A stretch of 64,000 nt of DNA from an uncultured Anaerolineales bacterium (GTDB taxonomy: Bacteria > Chloroflexota > Anaerolineae > Anaerolineales > UBA6663): contig CAYZRP010000009.1 in the NCBI GenBank assembly GCA_964480865.1, forward strand, positions 26,475-90,474, read 5' to 3'. The notes under the pieces were generated by a model. The model had not been told where the DNA came from. It saw only the letters and a list, made by a program, of their open reading frames with translations, and did no database searches. The translations under genes and the position numbers were made by a program. Below, in pieces: positions 44,979-53,663 of this stretch. Every line of letters starts with the position of its first letter. Positions within the stretch are counted from its first letter, which is position 1.

Positions 44979-45350
44979 ATGACAGATGCCATCATCGCTG
45001 ACGGTCGTTCCGCGAAAGTGTCGGCCCAGGGCGGCTCGTTCGATGTTGAAGAATGGAGCGGCAGTGGACCGGGCTATCTTCACGTTCATCATTCCGACGA
45101 TGAGGCCTGGCACGTTCTCGAGGGCACTTTGACGTTTCGTTTCGTCGATCGTGAAATCCAGGCGCCGGCAGGAACGACGGTGTTTGTGCCGGCCGGTGTG
45201 GCGCACGACTACGTCGAGGCAGCCGGTCCGACCCGCTATCTGATCATCCTCACGCCCAGGCTGCGTGAACTGATCGCGGCCCTGAGGCAGGCGCCCATCG
45301 CCCGCCACAGCGAGATCCTGAAGGAGTATGATTCGGAGATCATCCGGTAA
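44979..45350 (+). CDS. Cupin-domain protein
   Basis: 123 aa with GYLHVHHSDDEAWHVLEG and FVPAGVAHDY cupin motifs. AAGGAG lies upstream of the ATG. Confidence 0.75.
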   Translation: MTDAIIADGRSAKVSAQGGSFDVEEWSGSGPGYLHVHHSDDEAWHVLEGTLTFRFVDREIQAPAGTTVFVPAGVAHDYVEAAGPTRYLIILTPRLRELIAALRQAPIARHSEILKEYDSEIIR

Positions 45351-45379
45351 GCCAACTCGATCCCCCGCGATCTCTTCTC

Positions 45380-46168
45380 ATGTATCGATACGCACAGGAG
45401 CGTCAGGACGCCACAGATCTCGCCAGCGGCCGCGTGTTGCACGGCCTGCCGGGTCAGCCGGCGTTGCCGGTGCGCCTTGCCGACGAAGTCTTTCAACGCT
45501 GTCTGGCCGCGCGGCCGGCCGGAGCGCGTGTCGACGGCCTTGTCCTCTACGATCCGTGCTGCGGCGCCGGCTATCACCTGACCGTGCTTGGGCTGTTACA
45601 CGCCGCCAGGCTGGCGCGCGTGATCGGGTCAGACGTTGACGAGCGTGCGCTGAGTGTCGCCGGCCAGAACCTGAGCCTGCTTGACCCGGCCGGGCTGCAG
45701 GATCGCGCCAACACCCTGGCGCGTTGGGCCACCCACTACGGCAAGGAGTCGCACCGCGGCGCCGTCGAAAGCGCCGAGCGACTGCATGAGCGCCTCCTGC
45801 ATGCGCTTGGCGGGCGCGTGCTGGCCACCGAGTACTTTGTCGCCGATGCGTTGCACGGCTCGACGGCGCTCGAGCGGCTCGGGCCGAGCAGCGTCGACCT
45901 CGTCGTCACCGATGTGCCTTATGGCTTGCGTTCGTTCTGGCAGTCCGAGGCTCCACATCGCCACGACGACGATCCGGGCTGGAACCTGCTCGAGACGCTG
46001 TCGGCCGTCGTGGCTCCAGGCGGAGTGGTCGGCATCGTCTCGGACAAGGGACGCAAGACCCGCCACGAACGCTTTCGACGGGTCGAGCTCTTCAACATCG
46101 GCAAGCGCCGCATCAGCATCTTTGTGCTCGAGGCGGCCCATCAGGGCATCGGAGGGAAAGGCGGTTGA
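45380..46168 (+). CDS. Orphan SAM-dependent amino-methyltransferase (N6-A/N2-G type, UPF0020-like core)
   Basis: 262 aa with motif I LYDPCCGAGYH and motif IV VVTDVPYG. No THUMP or target-recognition domain is evident, and there is no adjacent nuclease. Confidence 0.65.
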   Translation: MYRYAQERQDATDLASGRVLHGLPGQPALPVRLADEVFQRCLAARPAGARVDGLVLYDPCCGAGYHLTVLGLLHAARLARVIGSDVDERALSVAGQNLSLLDPAGLQDRANTLARWATHYGKESHRGAVESAERLHERLLHALGGRVLATEYFVADALHGSTALERLGPSSVDLVVTDVPYGLRSFWQSEAPHRHDDDPGWNLLETLSAVVAPGGVVGIVSDKGRKTRHERFRRVELFNIGKRRISIFVLEAAHQGIGGKGG

Positions 46169-46292
46169 CGTAGTTCTCTTCGGCCGGCTGCTGCGATTAA
46201 TATGAAGTGGGCGACGACCCGCAACTGGGATACGATCCTGGATGACGCCGATGGTCGGAGAGGGGGAGGGCGGCGCCAACGGAGGCAGCAGC

Positions 46293-46652
46293 ATGCTCAC
46301 CCTGAATGTCGTCTGGATCCGATCCAGCCGCCCTGAGGCCCTGGCGGCGTTTTACAATGCCGTCTTCGAGCAGTCGTTTACACAGCCCGAGCCCGGTGTG
46401 TATGCGTGGTCTGTGGGACCTTCAAAGGTCATCGTGTCGGAACTGGCGCCGATGACGGGGATCGCGAAAGGCACAGGTCGGATCGCGTTCCGGTTCGAGT
46501 GTTCCGACCTGGTGTCCGAGTTCAATCGTCTGATACAGTTGCAGGCGGCACCCATCCGTGGGCCGCACGAACATGCCGGGGTCTTGATCGCCACGTTGGC
46601 CGATCCGGATGGGAACGAATTCGAATTGGCTGGCCCGATGACAGTCTCATAA
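46293..46652 (+). CDS. VOC-family (glyoxalase/bleomycin-resistance fold) protein
   Basis: About 119 aa from ATG 46293, with GGAGG 7 nt upstream. It is a single beta-alpha-beta-beta-beta pair module ending in DPDGNEFEL. Confidence 0.75.
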   Translation: MLTLNVVWIRSSRPEALAAFYNAVFEQSFTQPEPGVYAWSVGPSKVIVSELAPMTGIAKGTGRIAFRFECSDLVSEFNRLIQLQAAPIRGPHEHAGVLIATLADPDGNEFELAGPMTVS

Positions 46653-46729
46653 GAGCATCGAGCCTACGATCGATCGATGGGAGCCGGACCCTTGCTTGCC
46701 GTCGTTCGACCTCCTGAAGGGGAGATACC

Positions 46730-47464
46730 ATGACCACGCTTTCGGACATCCTTGAGAAGTTCGGTTTGCGCAAGAGCGCCGCCCCTGCGGCCGCAAAACA
46801 GAAACCCGCCGGCCAGGCTGGAAGCCAGCCGCCCGCCACTCAACCCTCTCCGGCGGTTCAGCGCCAGAAGACGCCCGGCCATACGGCCGCCGCAACACCG
46901 GCCGCCTCGGCGCCGGCCGCCAAACCGGCGCCGGCCACACCCGTGCGACACGAAGCTGAGCCGAAGCAGAAGTCTGCTGGGACGGGCCAACCGAAGCAGG
47001 CACACACACCACCGCCGGCTGCTTCCCAGGCGGCTTCAAGGCCCGTTGCGCCCGCAGCGCCACAGGCTGCGCCGCCGCCTCCGCCCGCCGCGAAGGCTGA
47101 GCCCGTGGCGACGTCTGCTGCGACTGCGCCCGCTGAGCCGGTCGTGCCCGCCGAACCCGTGGCGACTGCGCCCGCCCCCGAGCCAGAGCCTGAGGCGATT
47201 TCAGTCGTCGACGTCGTCAGCGACCTCGAGAATCGCGCCGCCCGCCACCCCGAGAAGCTCAACTGGAAGGTCTCGATTGTGGATCTGCTCAAGTTGCTGG
47301 GGTTGGAGAGCAGCTTCGAGGCTCGCAAGCAACTGGCTGTGGAGCTGGGCTGCCCGGCCGACCTGATGGCCGACTCGGCCAAGATGAACACCTGGCTGCA
47401 CAAGGCCGTGCTGAGCAGCATCGCGGAAAACGGCGGGAACATCCCGAAAGAACTACTAGATTGA
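46730..47464 (+). CDS. DUF3597-family protein with a long Pro/Ala-rich linker
   Basis: 244 aa. N-terminal ILEKFGLRK, about 150 aa of P/A/Q-rich low complexity, and a C-terminal KLNWKVSIVDLLKLLGL...ELG domain. Confidence 0.75.
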   Translation: MTTLSDILEKFGLRKSAAPAAAKQKPAGQAGSQPPATQPSPAVQRQKTPGHTAAATPAASAPAAKPAPATPVRHEAEPKQKSAGTGQPKQAHTPPPAASQAASRPVAPAAPQAAPPPPPAAKAEPVATSAATAPAEPVVPAEPVATAPAPEPEPEAISVVDVVSDLENRAARHPEKLNWKVSIVDLLKLLGLESSFEARKQLAVELGCPADLMADSAKMNTWLHKAVLSSIAENGGNIPKELLD

Positions 47465-47499
47465 GGCATGTCCCGGCTGATCAACCGTTCGAAACAAAA

Positions 47500-47532
47500 G
47501 GAGCGCGGTGCCACCCGCGCTCCTTTTCTGTT
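47500..47532. terminator. Bidirectional intrinsic terminator between convergent genes
   Basis: GGAGCGCGG-TGCCAC-CCGCGCTCC (9-bp stem), flanked by AAACAAAA upstream and TTTTCTGTT downstream. It sits between the stops at 47464 (+) and 47548 (-). Confidence 0.75.
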
Positions 47533-47547
47533 GCTTACCGATGGCGC

Positions 47548-48339
47548 TCAACCAAATCGAGTCTCGAGCCACTCGACGGCGAACCGATGCAGGTCGGCGG
47601 CTTCAAGCAAATAACAATCTGCATCGCCGACGCAGCCCGTGCGGCCGCGGTTCTCGGCGAGATACGCCAGGGCGATGCCCTCGAAGGTGTATGCGTCGTG
47701 CGGATCGCCTGTGGCGAGATCTTCAATGTCGACCCACGTGGTCTTGCCGTCCTCGAGGAACGGACAGGAATAGCGAATGATCTGCTTGTGCCGCAGCCGC
47801 GCCGTGTACTCGGCGTGGTGGAGCAGCGTGATCGTGTCGAGTGGAGCGCCCAGCATCAACACGCGCCCCTCGGCTTCGACGAGTCTGGCCAACGGCGAGC
47901 CGGCTCCGTAGCCGTAGTTGAGCGGATGGTCGCGCGTGAGCCATTCGGCCCGCGCGCCGTTGGCGACCATCGAGGCCTCGGGGTTGCCGCTGCGTCGGGT
48001 GCCCGGCCAGGTACGCAGGAATTCGGCCAGGATGCTGTTCTCGCGCACCGATCGTGACGTGGCCGGATCGAAGGCCGGGTGCTCGGCAAGATAGGCAGCC
48101 TGAGCCTCGGGCGTTAGCTCGCCAACAAAGTCCGGGATGTCCTGCCAGCCGGCATACATCATCAGCGTGCCGGACGGGGTGAGCACGTCGAGGAGCGACT
48201 GCAACAAGGTGTTGGGACCGCCCATCACCGGCCCGACAGCCTTGACGGACGCGTGCAGCATCAGCACCTGTCCTGCCGAAACGCCGAGGGCGCGCAGGTC
48301 AGATGTGATTCGCGATGGAGCGTGCGGAAACGGCAGCAT
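47548..48339 (-). CDS. aac(3): Aminoglycoside N(3)-acetyltransferase-family protein (AAC(3)/YokD-like)
   Basis: 263 aa with LMLHASVKAVG, GTLMMY, GAPLDTITLLHHAEY and CVGDADCYL, typical of the Antibiotic_NAT family. Confidence 0.85.
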   Translation of the reverse strand: MLPFPHAPSRITSDLRALGVSAGQVLMLHASVKAVGPVMGGPNTLLQSLLDVLTPSGTLMMYAGWQDIPDFVGELTPEAQAAYLAEHPAFDPATSRSVRENSILAEFLRTWPGTRRSGNPEASMVANGARAEWLTRDHPLNYGYGAGSPLARLVEAEGRVLMLGAPLDTITLLHHAEYTARLRHKQIIRYSCPFLEDGKTTWVDIEDLATGDPHDAYTFEGIALAYLAENRGRTGCVGDADCYLLEAADLHRFAVEWLETRFG

Positions 48340-48357
48340 GCTGGGCTCCTTTCGCGA

Positions 48358-49131
48358 TCACCAGGCCGGCGGTCGGATGACTTTGAAGAAAGCGCCGGCT
48401 GGATCGGCGAGCGACGCGAGCCGGCCAAAGGGCGAGTCATCGGTGGTTCCCATGGCCTTCCCACCGTGCTCGATCGCGGTCGCCACGGCCTTATCGGTGT
48501 CGACGACAGCGAAGTACGTGAACCATTGAGCGCGAAACGTGCCCCAGGAGGGATCGATCTGCATGATCCCGCCCAGGATCTTGTCGCCCTGCTTCAAAAC
48601 GTAGTACTCGAGGCCGCCCGGCAACGGATCGGCGGTCGCTCCCAACAGCGTGGCATAGAAGTCGCGGGCCTGACGGGCGTTGGGCGAATACAACTCGCAC
48701 CAGGTCGTCGATCCGGGCTCGTCGGTCACCTGCGAGCCATAGTGCGCGCCGGCCTTCCAGAAGCCGAACGGAGCGCCGAGCGGATCGGCGCAGATCGCCA
48801 TGGCGCCCATCTCGCCAACGGACAGCGCCGGGCTCAGCACCTGCCCGCCGAGATCGACAACGCGCTGCACATCGGCCTCCAGGTGCTCGGAGGCAAAGTA
48901 CAGGTTCCAGGCGGCCGGGGCAGGCGGCGCATCGGTCACGGCGCCGATGATGCCAGCCGCCGAGAACTGGCCGATGCGCGCGATGGTGTAACCGCCGAAC
49001 TCCTCACCACCGATGTCGTACTCCCACCCAAACAACGCCGCGTAGAAGTCTCGCGCCGCTGCCGGGTCGGGCGTGGAGAGGTCGCACCAGGTCGGAACGC
49101 CGACCGGTTTGGCTTCGGTGTGTCTGGTCAT
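48358..49131 (-). CDS. Two-domain VOC-family (glyoxalase-like) protein
   Basis: 257 aa with two repeats of the W(C)(D/E)L...A..FY..(L)FGW module. Lies 18 nt upstream of the AAC(3) gene. Confidence 0.8.
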   Translation of the reverse strand: MTRHTEAKPVGVPTWCDLSTPDPAAARDFYAALFGWEYDIGGEEFGGYTIARIGQFSAAGIIGAVTDAPPAPAAWNLYFASEHLEADVQRVVDLGGQVLSPALSVGEMGAMAICADPLGAPFGFWKAGAHYGSQVTDEPGSTTWCELYSPNARQARDFYATLLGATADPLPGGLEYYVLKQGDKILGGIMQIDPSWGTFRAQWFTYFAVVDTDKAVATAIEHGGKAMGTTDDSPFGRLASLADPAGAFFKVIRPPAW

Positions 49132-49232
49132 CGCTGCTCCTTGAGTGCGCGTCGATGCACGCGGGACAGACCGATTCTATCGTCGGGCGTCGATGTCTGG
49201 CGTGAACGAGCGTCAAGGAAACAGGGTGATGC

Positions 49233-50267
49233 CTAGCGACGGCTGGCGCTGCCTCTCAGTCGCACCGCGCGCGTCACAGATTGGATCAGGCCGATGCCGA
49301 AGGCGAAGCCCACGACGTAGATGACGCTCGACGTCGCCTGGCGCCAGAGCAGGGCGAGGGCGTTGAAGGGCTCCCCCTCTTGAGGGACCAGCCCGGTCTG
49401 AACGGCCTGATCCATGAACGCCGGGTTCCAGATCGACGGATTCGAAAAGAGGCTGAGGGCCAGGGCGAAGTTGCACACGTCGACAAGCACGTCGAAGGCG
49501 ATCAGGCGGGCTGTCCAACGGCCGGCCGCCAGTTTCCAGATCTCGTTGACAATCGAGAGTGCGGCAAGGGCCCAGATCAACGGCAGGTAGGCGCGAAACA
49601 CGTCGGGGTTAAGGAACGACACCACCTGACCGCCGCGAGTGCCGTTGAACACCCAGATGCCGAACACGTCGAGCGCGACCGTCACGAGCGCCGTGAAGGC
49701 CACTGTGAACACGATCGAGGCGATGGGCTCGCCGCGACCGATCTGCAGGGATCGCTCCGGGAGTTCCGGCAGATCAGCCGGGGTCCAGGCGGATCCGCCA
49801 GCAGCGGCCGAAAGTTCCTTCACATCGCCGAAGCGTTCCGCCAGGGCGAACGACACCGTCACCCAGGCGAAGGCCTGAGCGGCGCCGCCGAAGAGGTTCG
49901 CGAGGCCCGCCGCCAGATGCTCGATGACGTTGCCCGGGGTGACGACCGTCTGCACAATGAAGACGACGAGCATGGCGATGGCGACCGCGCTCAAGACGAT
50001 CGTGAGGATCGTCAGATAGGTGGGATAGAGCTCGGGGCCGATGAGCGAGCGCGGACGCCCTCTGTAGCGGTCTGCCCACCGTCTGGGGTCGCCCAGTTCT
50101 GTCAGCACGGCCAGGACATCCTGGCTCGCGGCCTCGCGGCCCTGCAGCCGATCATTGAGTTTGTCGGTGATCAGGCCGCGGAGTTCGCGCTCGATATCCT
50201 CGCGTTGGCTTTGCGGCAGTTGTCGCGTGACGGCGTAGGTGTAGCGTTCGATCCAATGGTTGGACAT
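49233..50267 (-). CDS. HAAS/DUF1700-like N-terminal helical domain fused to a polytopic membrane domain
   Basis: About 344 aa from ATG 50267, with GGAGGA upstream. N-terminal IERYTYAVTRQLPQSQREDIERELRGLI...LGDPRRWADRY, then about 6 TM helices. Confidence 0.65.
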   Translation of the reverse strand: MSNHWIERYTYAVTRQLPQSQREDIERELRGLITDKLNDRLQGREAASQDVLAVLTELGDPRRWADRYRGRPRSLIGPELYPTYLTILTIVLSAVAIAMLVVFIVQTVVTPGNVIEHLAAGLANLFGGAAQAFAWVTVSFALAERFGDVKELSAAAGGSAWTPADLPELPERSLQIGRGEPIASIVFTVAFTALVTVALDVFGIWVFNGTRGGQVVSFLNPDVFRAYLPLIWALAALSIVNEIWKLAAGRWTARLIAFDVLVDVCNFALALSLFSNPSIWNPAFMDQAVQTGLVPQEGEPFNALALLWRQATSSVIYVVGFAFGIGLIQSVTRAVRLRGSASRR

Positions 50268-50612
50268 GACATCCTCCGCTGCTCTTGTCGGGGCTGAGGG
50301 TGGGCGCCACCGTAAGCAGGCGTATTGCATGGGTGTGGGGGATGGATCCGTCACGGGCGATTGTACAGCCCGACTGGTTCCGGTTGTGTGGCATTGGCGG
50401 TCAGGGATCCTGGCCGCGGATGTCGAAGATGACAGTTTCCGTCTTGATCGTACCAACGCGGGATGACCTGTTCACGCCCATGGCCGTCAGTGCTTGCGCC
50501 TCAGCGTGCGTACACGCCGCTGAATGATGTAAAAGCGTCGCGACCGGGCTGACCCAAAATGTTGTCGCACGCCGCAAGGCGCTGCGAACGGATCTGCCGT
50601 TGGGGGGATTCT

Positions 50613-51527
50613 GTGAACACCACCTGGTTTCGAAGTGGCGCGATGGCCGCGATTGTGTCGACGATCGTACTCGCGCTCTTCTACGACTGGTTCGCCATTG
50701 CCGATCGCTATGCCGTCTTCCTGTATGGCCATGTGGCCGTCAACATCACGCCGGCGCAACCGTTCGACGAGTTGACCGCCAGTCGCTACTGGATGGCCGG
50801 GTTGATTGCCGCCGGTTTCGTTGCGGTGGGCAACGTGCTCATCTTCCTGAGCTGGAGGCTCGTCGCCATGCGGAGCCGAACCCACTTTGAAGCGCCCTCA
50901 TGGTGGCGGACGTGGCTGCTGTGCGTCCCTGTGGTCGGCATCGGCGTCCCGGCCATCACGCTAACCGTCAACACGCCGACTCTTCCGTGGCCGCTCGCGC
51001 TGGCCTGCGCGGCGTCCGCCCTGGCCGGCATGGCGCTGGCGCTGGCGGCCGGCGAGTGGGCGGGCCGACGGCCGCGCCAACTGCTGTGGACGCTGGCAGA
51101 CGGGCTGGGGCTCGTCCCGGCACTGCAGTTGATCCGGGCGATCGAGCTGCCCGGCCGCGGGCTGTCGATCTCCTGGGGCAGTATCGTGATGATCATCGCG
51201 ATCGGCCTGCTCGCCGGCGCGGCCTGGCTGTGGATGCTGTCGTGGCTGCGGCGACGCCTGAAGGTGTCGGATCCAGGGTCGCTTCCGCTGCTCATGGCCG
51301 GGTTCGGCTGGAGCTATCTGGCGCTGCCCGTGGCTCACTATCTGTTTGCGACACCGCCGGCTTTCCGCTACATCACGGCGGCCAGCAACTTCTTCGCCTT
51401 CGAGCCCGGGGTGCAGGCGCTGACTTTCGTGATCGCCGTCGGAATGAGCGTGGCGACCAGTCGTCTGCGACGCGTAGGCCCCGGCGAAAGATCGATCAGG
51501 GACTTCGGCCGCGGAACTCACGGATGA
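50613..51527 (+). CDS. Hypothetical polytopic membrane protein
   Basis: About 8 hydrophobic helices. GTG 50613 has GGGGGGA upstream. The ORF is open from 50559. No family recognised. Confidence 0.55.
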   Translation: MNTTWFRSGAMAAIVSTIVLALFYDWFAIADRYAVFLYGHVAVNITPAQPFDELTASRYWMAGLIAAGFVAVGNVLIFLSWRLVAMRSRTHFEAPSWWRTWLLCVPVVGIGVPAITLTVNTPTLPWPLALACAASALAGMALALAAGEWAGRRPRQLLWTLADGLGLVPALQLIRAIELPGRGLSISWGSIVMIIAIGLLAGAAWLWMLSWLRRRLKVSDPGSLPLLMAGFGWSYLALPVAHYLFATPPAFRYITAASNFFAFEPGVQALTFVIAVGMSVATSRLRRVGPGERSIRDFGRGTHG

Positions 51528-51891
51528 CGCAAACACCTCGATATGAGACGCCAGGGTTACTCGGGAAGAGCATCGCGTCTCACCTCATTCGGAAGTCCTG
51601 CGGCGGAGTGTGCGGGGGATGAATCTCGTCACTGCCATGCCGGTGGCTCGATATTCATTCAGTGCTGCATCAGCGAGATCCGCGCCATCCGCGGCTCAAA
51701 ACCAACCCGGATTGAATCAGACGCGTTTGCCTCGTTGCTCAGCTTCCCATTCATGCGAGCATCCTGGCTGACAACGCGCCCGTGCGCGCACTTCACAACA
51801 GCGCGTTGGTGAGACCGCCTGTTGTTGTAAACTGACCCTTCGTGCCAGGGTCGTCACGGACACCCCAATCCAGATACCAAGGAGATCAGCC

Positions 51892-52368
51892 ATGACCTCA
51901 GAGTCACCGACGCCTCCAACATCGAACATGCCGCCGCAGCCTGATCCGGCGCTCAGCCGTCTTCAGCCTCTCGTGGGCACCTGGGTCATGATCGGTCGGA
52001 CCTTAGGCTCAGAGGCCTATGATGTGAACGGGAAGGTGACCATCACCTGGATGCCGGGCGGCCACTTTCTGACCCAGCAGGGCGAGATGACTGTTCAGGG
52101 CACCGCCTTCCACAGCCTTGAAGTCGTCGGCTACGATCCGGCCACCGACGTCTTCTCTTCGATCGTGTTCTCGAGCATGGACGGCGTGCCGGCCGACTAC
52201 TTCTGGGACGTGCAGGGCGACGTCGTCACGCACTGGACGGCCGGCTCGAAGTACACGGGCAAGTTCAGTGCCGACCGCCGCACGCTGATCGGTGGCTGGC
52301 GCCCGGATGCCGGGGTCGAGGCGACGCCGGCCAACACTTATGAAGTGACCATGCGCCGTATCAAGTGA
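51892..52368 (+). CDS. DUF1579-like protein
   Basis: 158 aa with the LQPLVGTWVMIG...MPGGHFL pattern. AAGGAG lies upstream of the ATG. Confidence 0.65.
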   Translation: MTSESPTPPTSNMPPQPDPALSRLQPLVGTWVMIGRTLGSEAYDVNGKVTITWMPGGHFLTQQGEMTVQGTAFHSLEVVGYDPATDVFSSIVFSSMDGVPADYFWDVQGDVVTHWTAGSKYTGKFSADRRTLIGGWRPDAGVEATPANTYEVTMRRIK

Positions 52369-52386
52369 TGCCGGCCGAGAACAACG

Positions 52387-53187
52387 ATGTGTCGCGTCGG
52401 GTTGATCCAGATGGTTTGCGAGAAGGGCGCGCTCGATCGCAATCGCCGAACGATGGCGGCGGTTCTCGAGCAGGCTGCCCGATTCGACGTCGACGTGGTG
52501 GGCTTCCCGGAGATGAACCTGACCGGCTACGCCGACGCCGCCCGCTTTCCTCAGTCCGTCGTCGACCTTGAGGGGCCCGAGGTCGAACGGACCGTGGCGT
52601 TGACGGCCGCTTATCCGTTCGCCGTGCTGTTCGGGATCGAAGAGCACAACCCGGCCGGTAAGCCCTTCATCACCCAGATCCTGGCCAGGCGCGGCCAGAT
52701 CCTGGGTCATTACCGCAAGATCACGATCGAAGAGGAAGAGGTCAACTGGTTCACGCCCGGCAACGGCGACGTGTTGGTGTTCGACGCCGGCGGCGCTCGC
52801 CTCGGCGTCTCGATCTGCGCGGACCTTCACAACGAGTCCGTGTTCACAGCGTGCCGCGAGCAGGGGGCTGAGATAGTGCTCGAACTGGCGGCGCCCGGGT
52901 TGTACGGCGAGCAGTCGCAGCGCAACTGGCAGTCGGGCTACGCGTGGTGGGAAGGCGATTGCCGGCGCTACCTGGGCGCTCAGGCGCAGAGCCAGGGCCT
53001 GTGGATCGCCGTCGCCACCCAGGCGGGTCGCACCATCGACGAGGATTTCCCCGGGGGCGCATTCGTCTTCGCACCGAGCGGCGAGCGGCTCTTCACCACG
53101 TCCGATGGATCGCCCGGCGCGGTCTACCTCGATATCGATCTCAGTCAGGGCCGAGTCACAGAACTGGGAACGGTCCCGGCTCCCTGA
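52387..53187 (+). CDS. Carbon-nitrogen hydrolase (nitrilase superfamily)
   Basis: 266 aa. Glu-Lys-Cys triad contexts are GFPEM, HYRKI and VSICAD. Confidence 0.85.
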   Translation: MCRVGLIQMVCEKGALDRNRRTMAAVLEQAARFDVDVVGFPEMNLTGYADAARFPQSVVDLEGPEVERTVALTAAYPFAVLFGIEEHNPAGKPFITQILARRGQILGHYRKITIEEEEVNWFTPGNGDVLVFDAGGARLGVSICADLHNESVFTACREQGAEIVLELAAPGLYGEQSQRNWQSGYAWWEGDCRRYLGAQAQSQGLWIAVATQAGRTIDEDFPGGAFVFAPSGERLFTTSDGSPGAVYLDIDLSQGRVTELGTVPAP

Positions 53188-53201
53188 GGTGAACCCGAAC
53201 G

Positions 53202-53663
53202 ATGCGCAACACTTACCCGGTCGCCGTGCACGTCTTCATGCTCCGCAACAACGAGATCCTGTTGCTGCGGCGTTTCAACACCGGTTACGAGGATGGTCAT
53301 TACAGCGTCGTGGCCGGCCACGTCGAGGCTGGTGAGACGGTCACTCAGGCGGCGGTTCGTGAGGCAGGAGAAGAAGCCGGCGTCGCGATCGACCCGACCG
53401 GGCTGCGCGTGGTCCATGTCATGCATCGACGCGGCGACGACGAGCGCATCGACTTCTTCGTCGTTACCGAGCGTTGGGTCGGTGACCCGCACAATGGCGA
53501 GCCGACAAAGTGCGATGACTTGCGCTGGTTTCCGCTCACGGCGCTGCCGGGCAACACGATCCCCTATGTGCGCGAGGCCATCGCGGGTTGGCAGGCGGGT
53601 GCGACGTATAGCGAGTTCGGCTGGACCGTTGCACAGGTTGGCCCACTCAGTGGGTCGACGTAG
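53202..53663 (+). CDS. NUDIX hydrolase
   Basis: 153 aa. Complete Nudix box GHVEAGETVTQAAVREAGEEAGV. Confidence 0.9.
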   Translation: MRNTYPVAVHVFMLRNNEILLLRRFNTGYEDGHYSVVAGHVEAGETVTQAAVREAGEEAGVAIDPTGLRVVHVMHRRGDDERIDFFVVTERWVGDPHNGEPTKCDDLRWFPLTALPGNTIPYVREAIAGWQAGATYSEFGWTVAQVGPLSGST

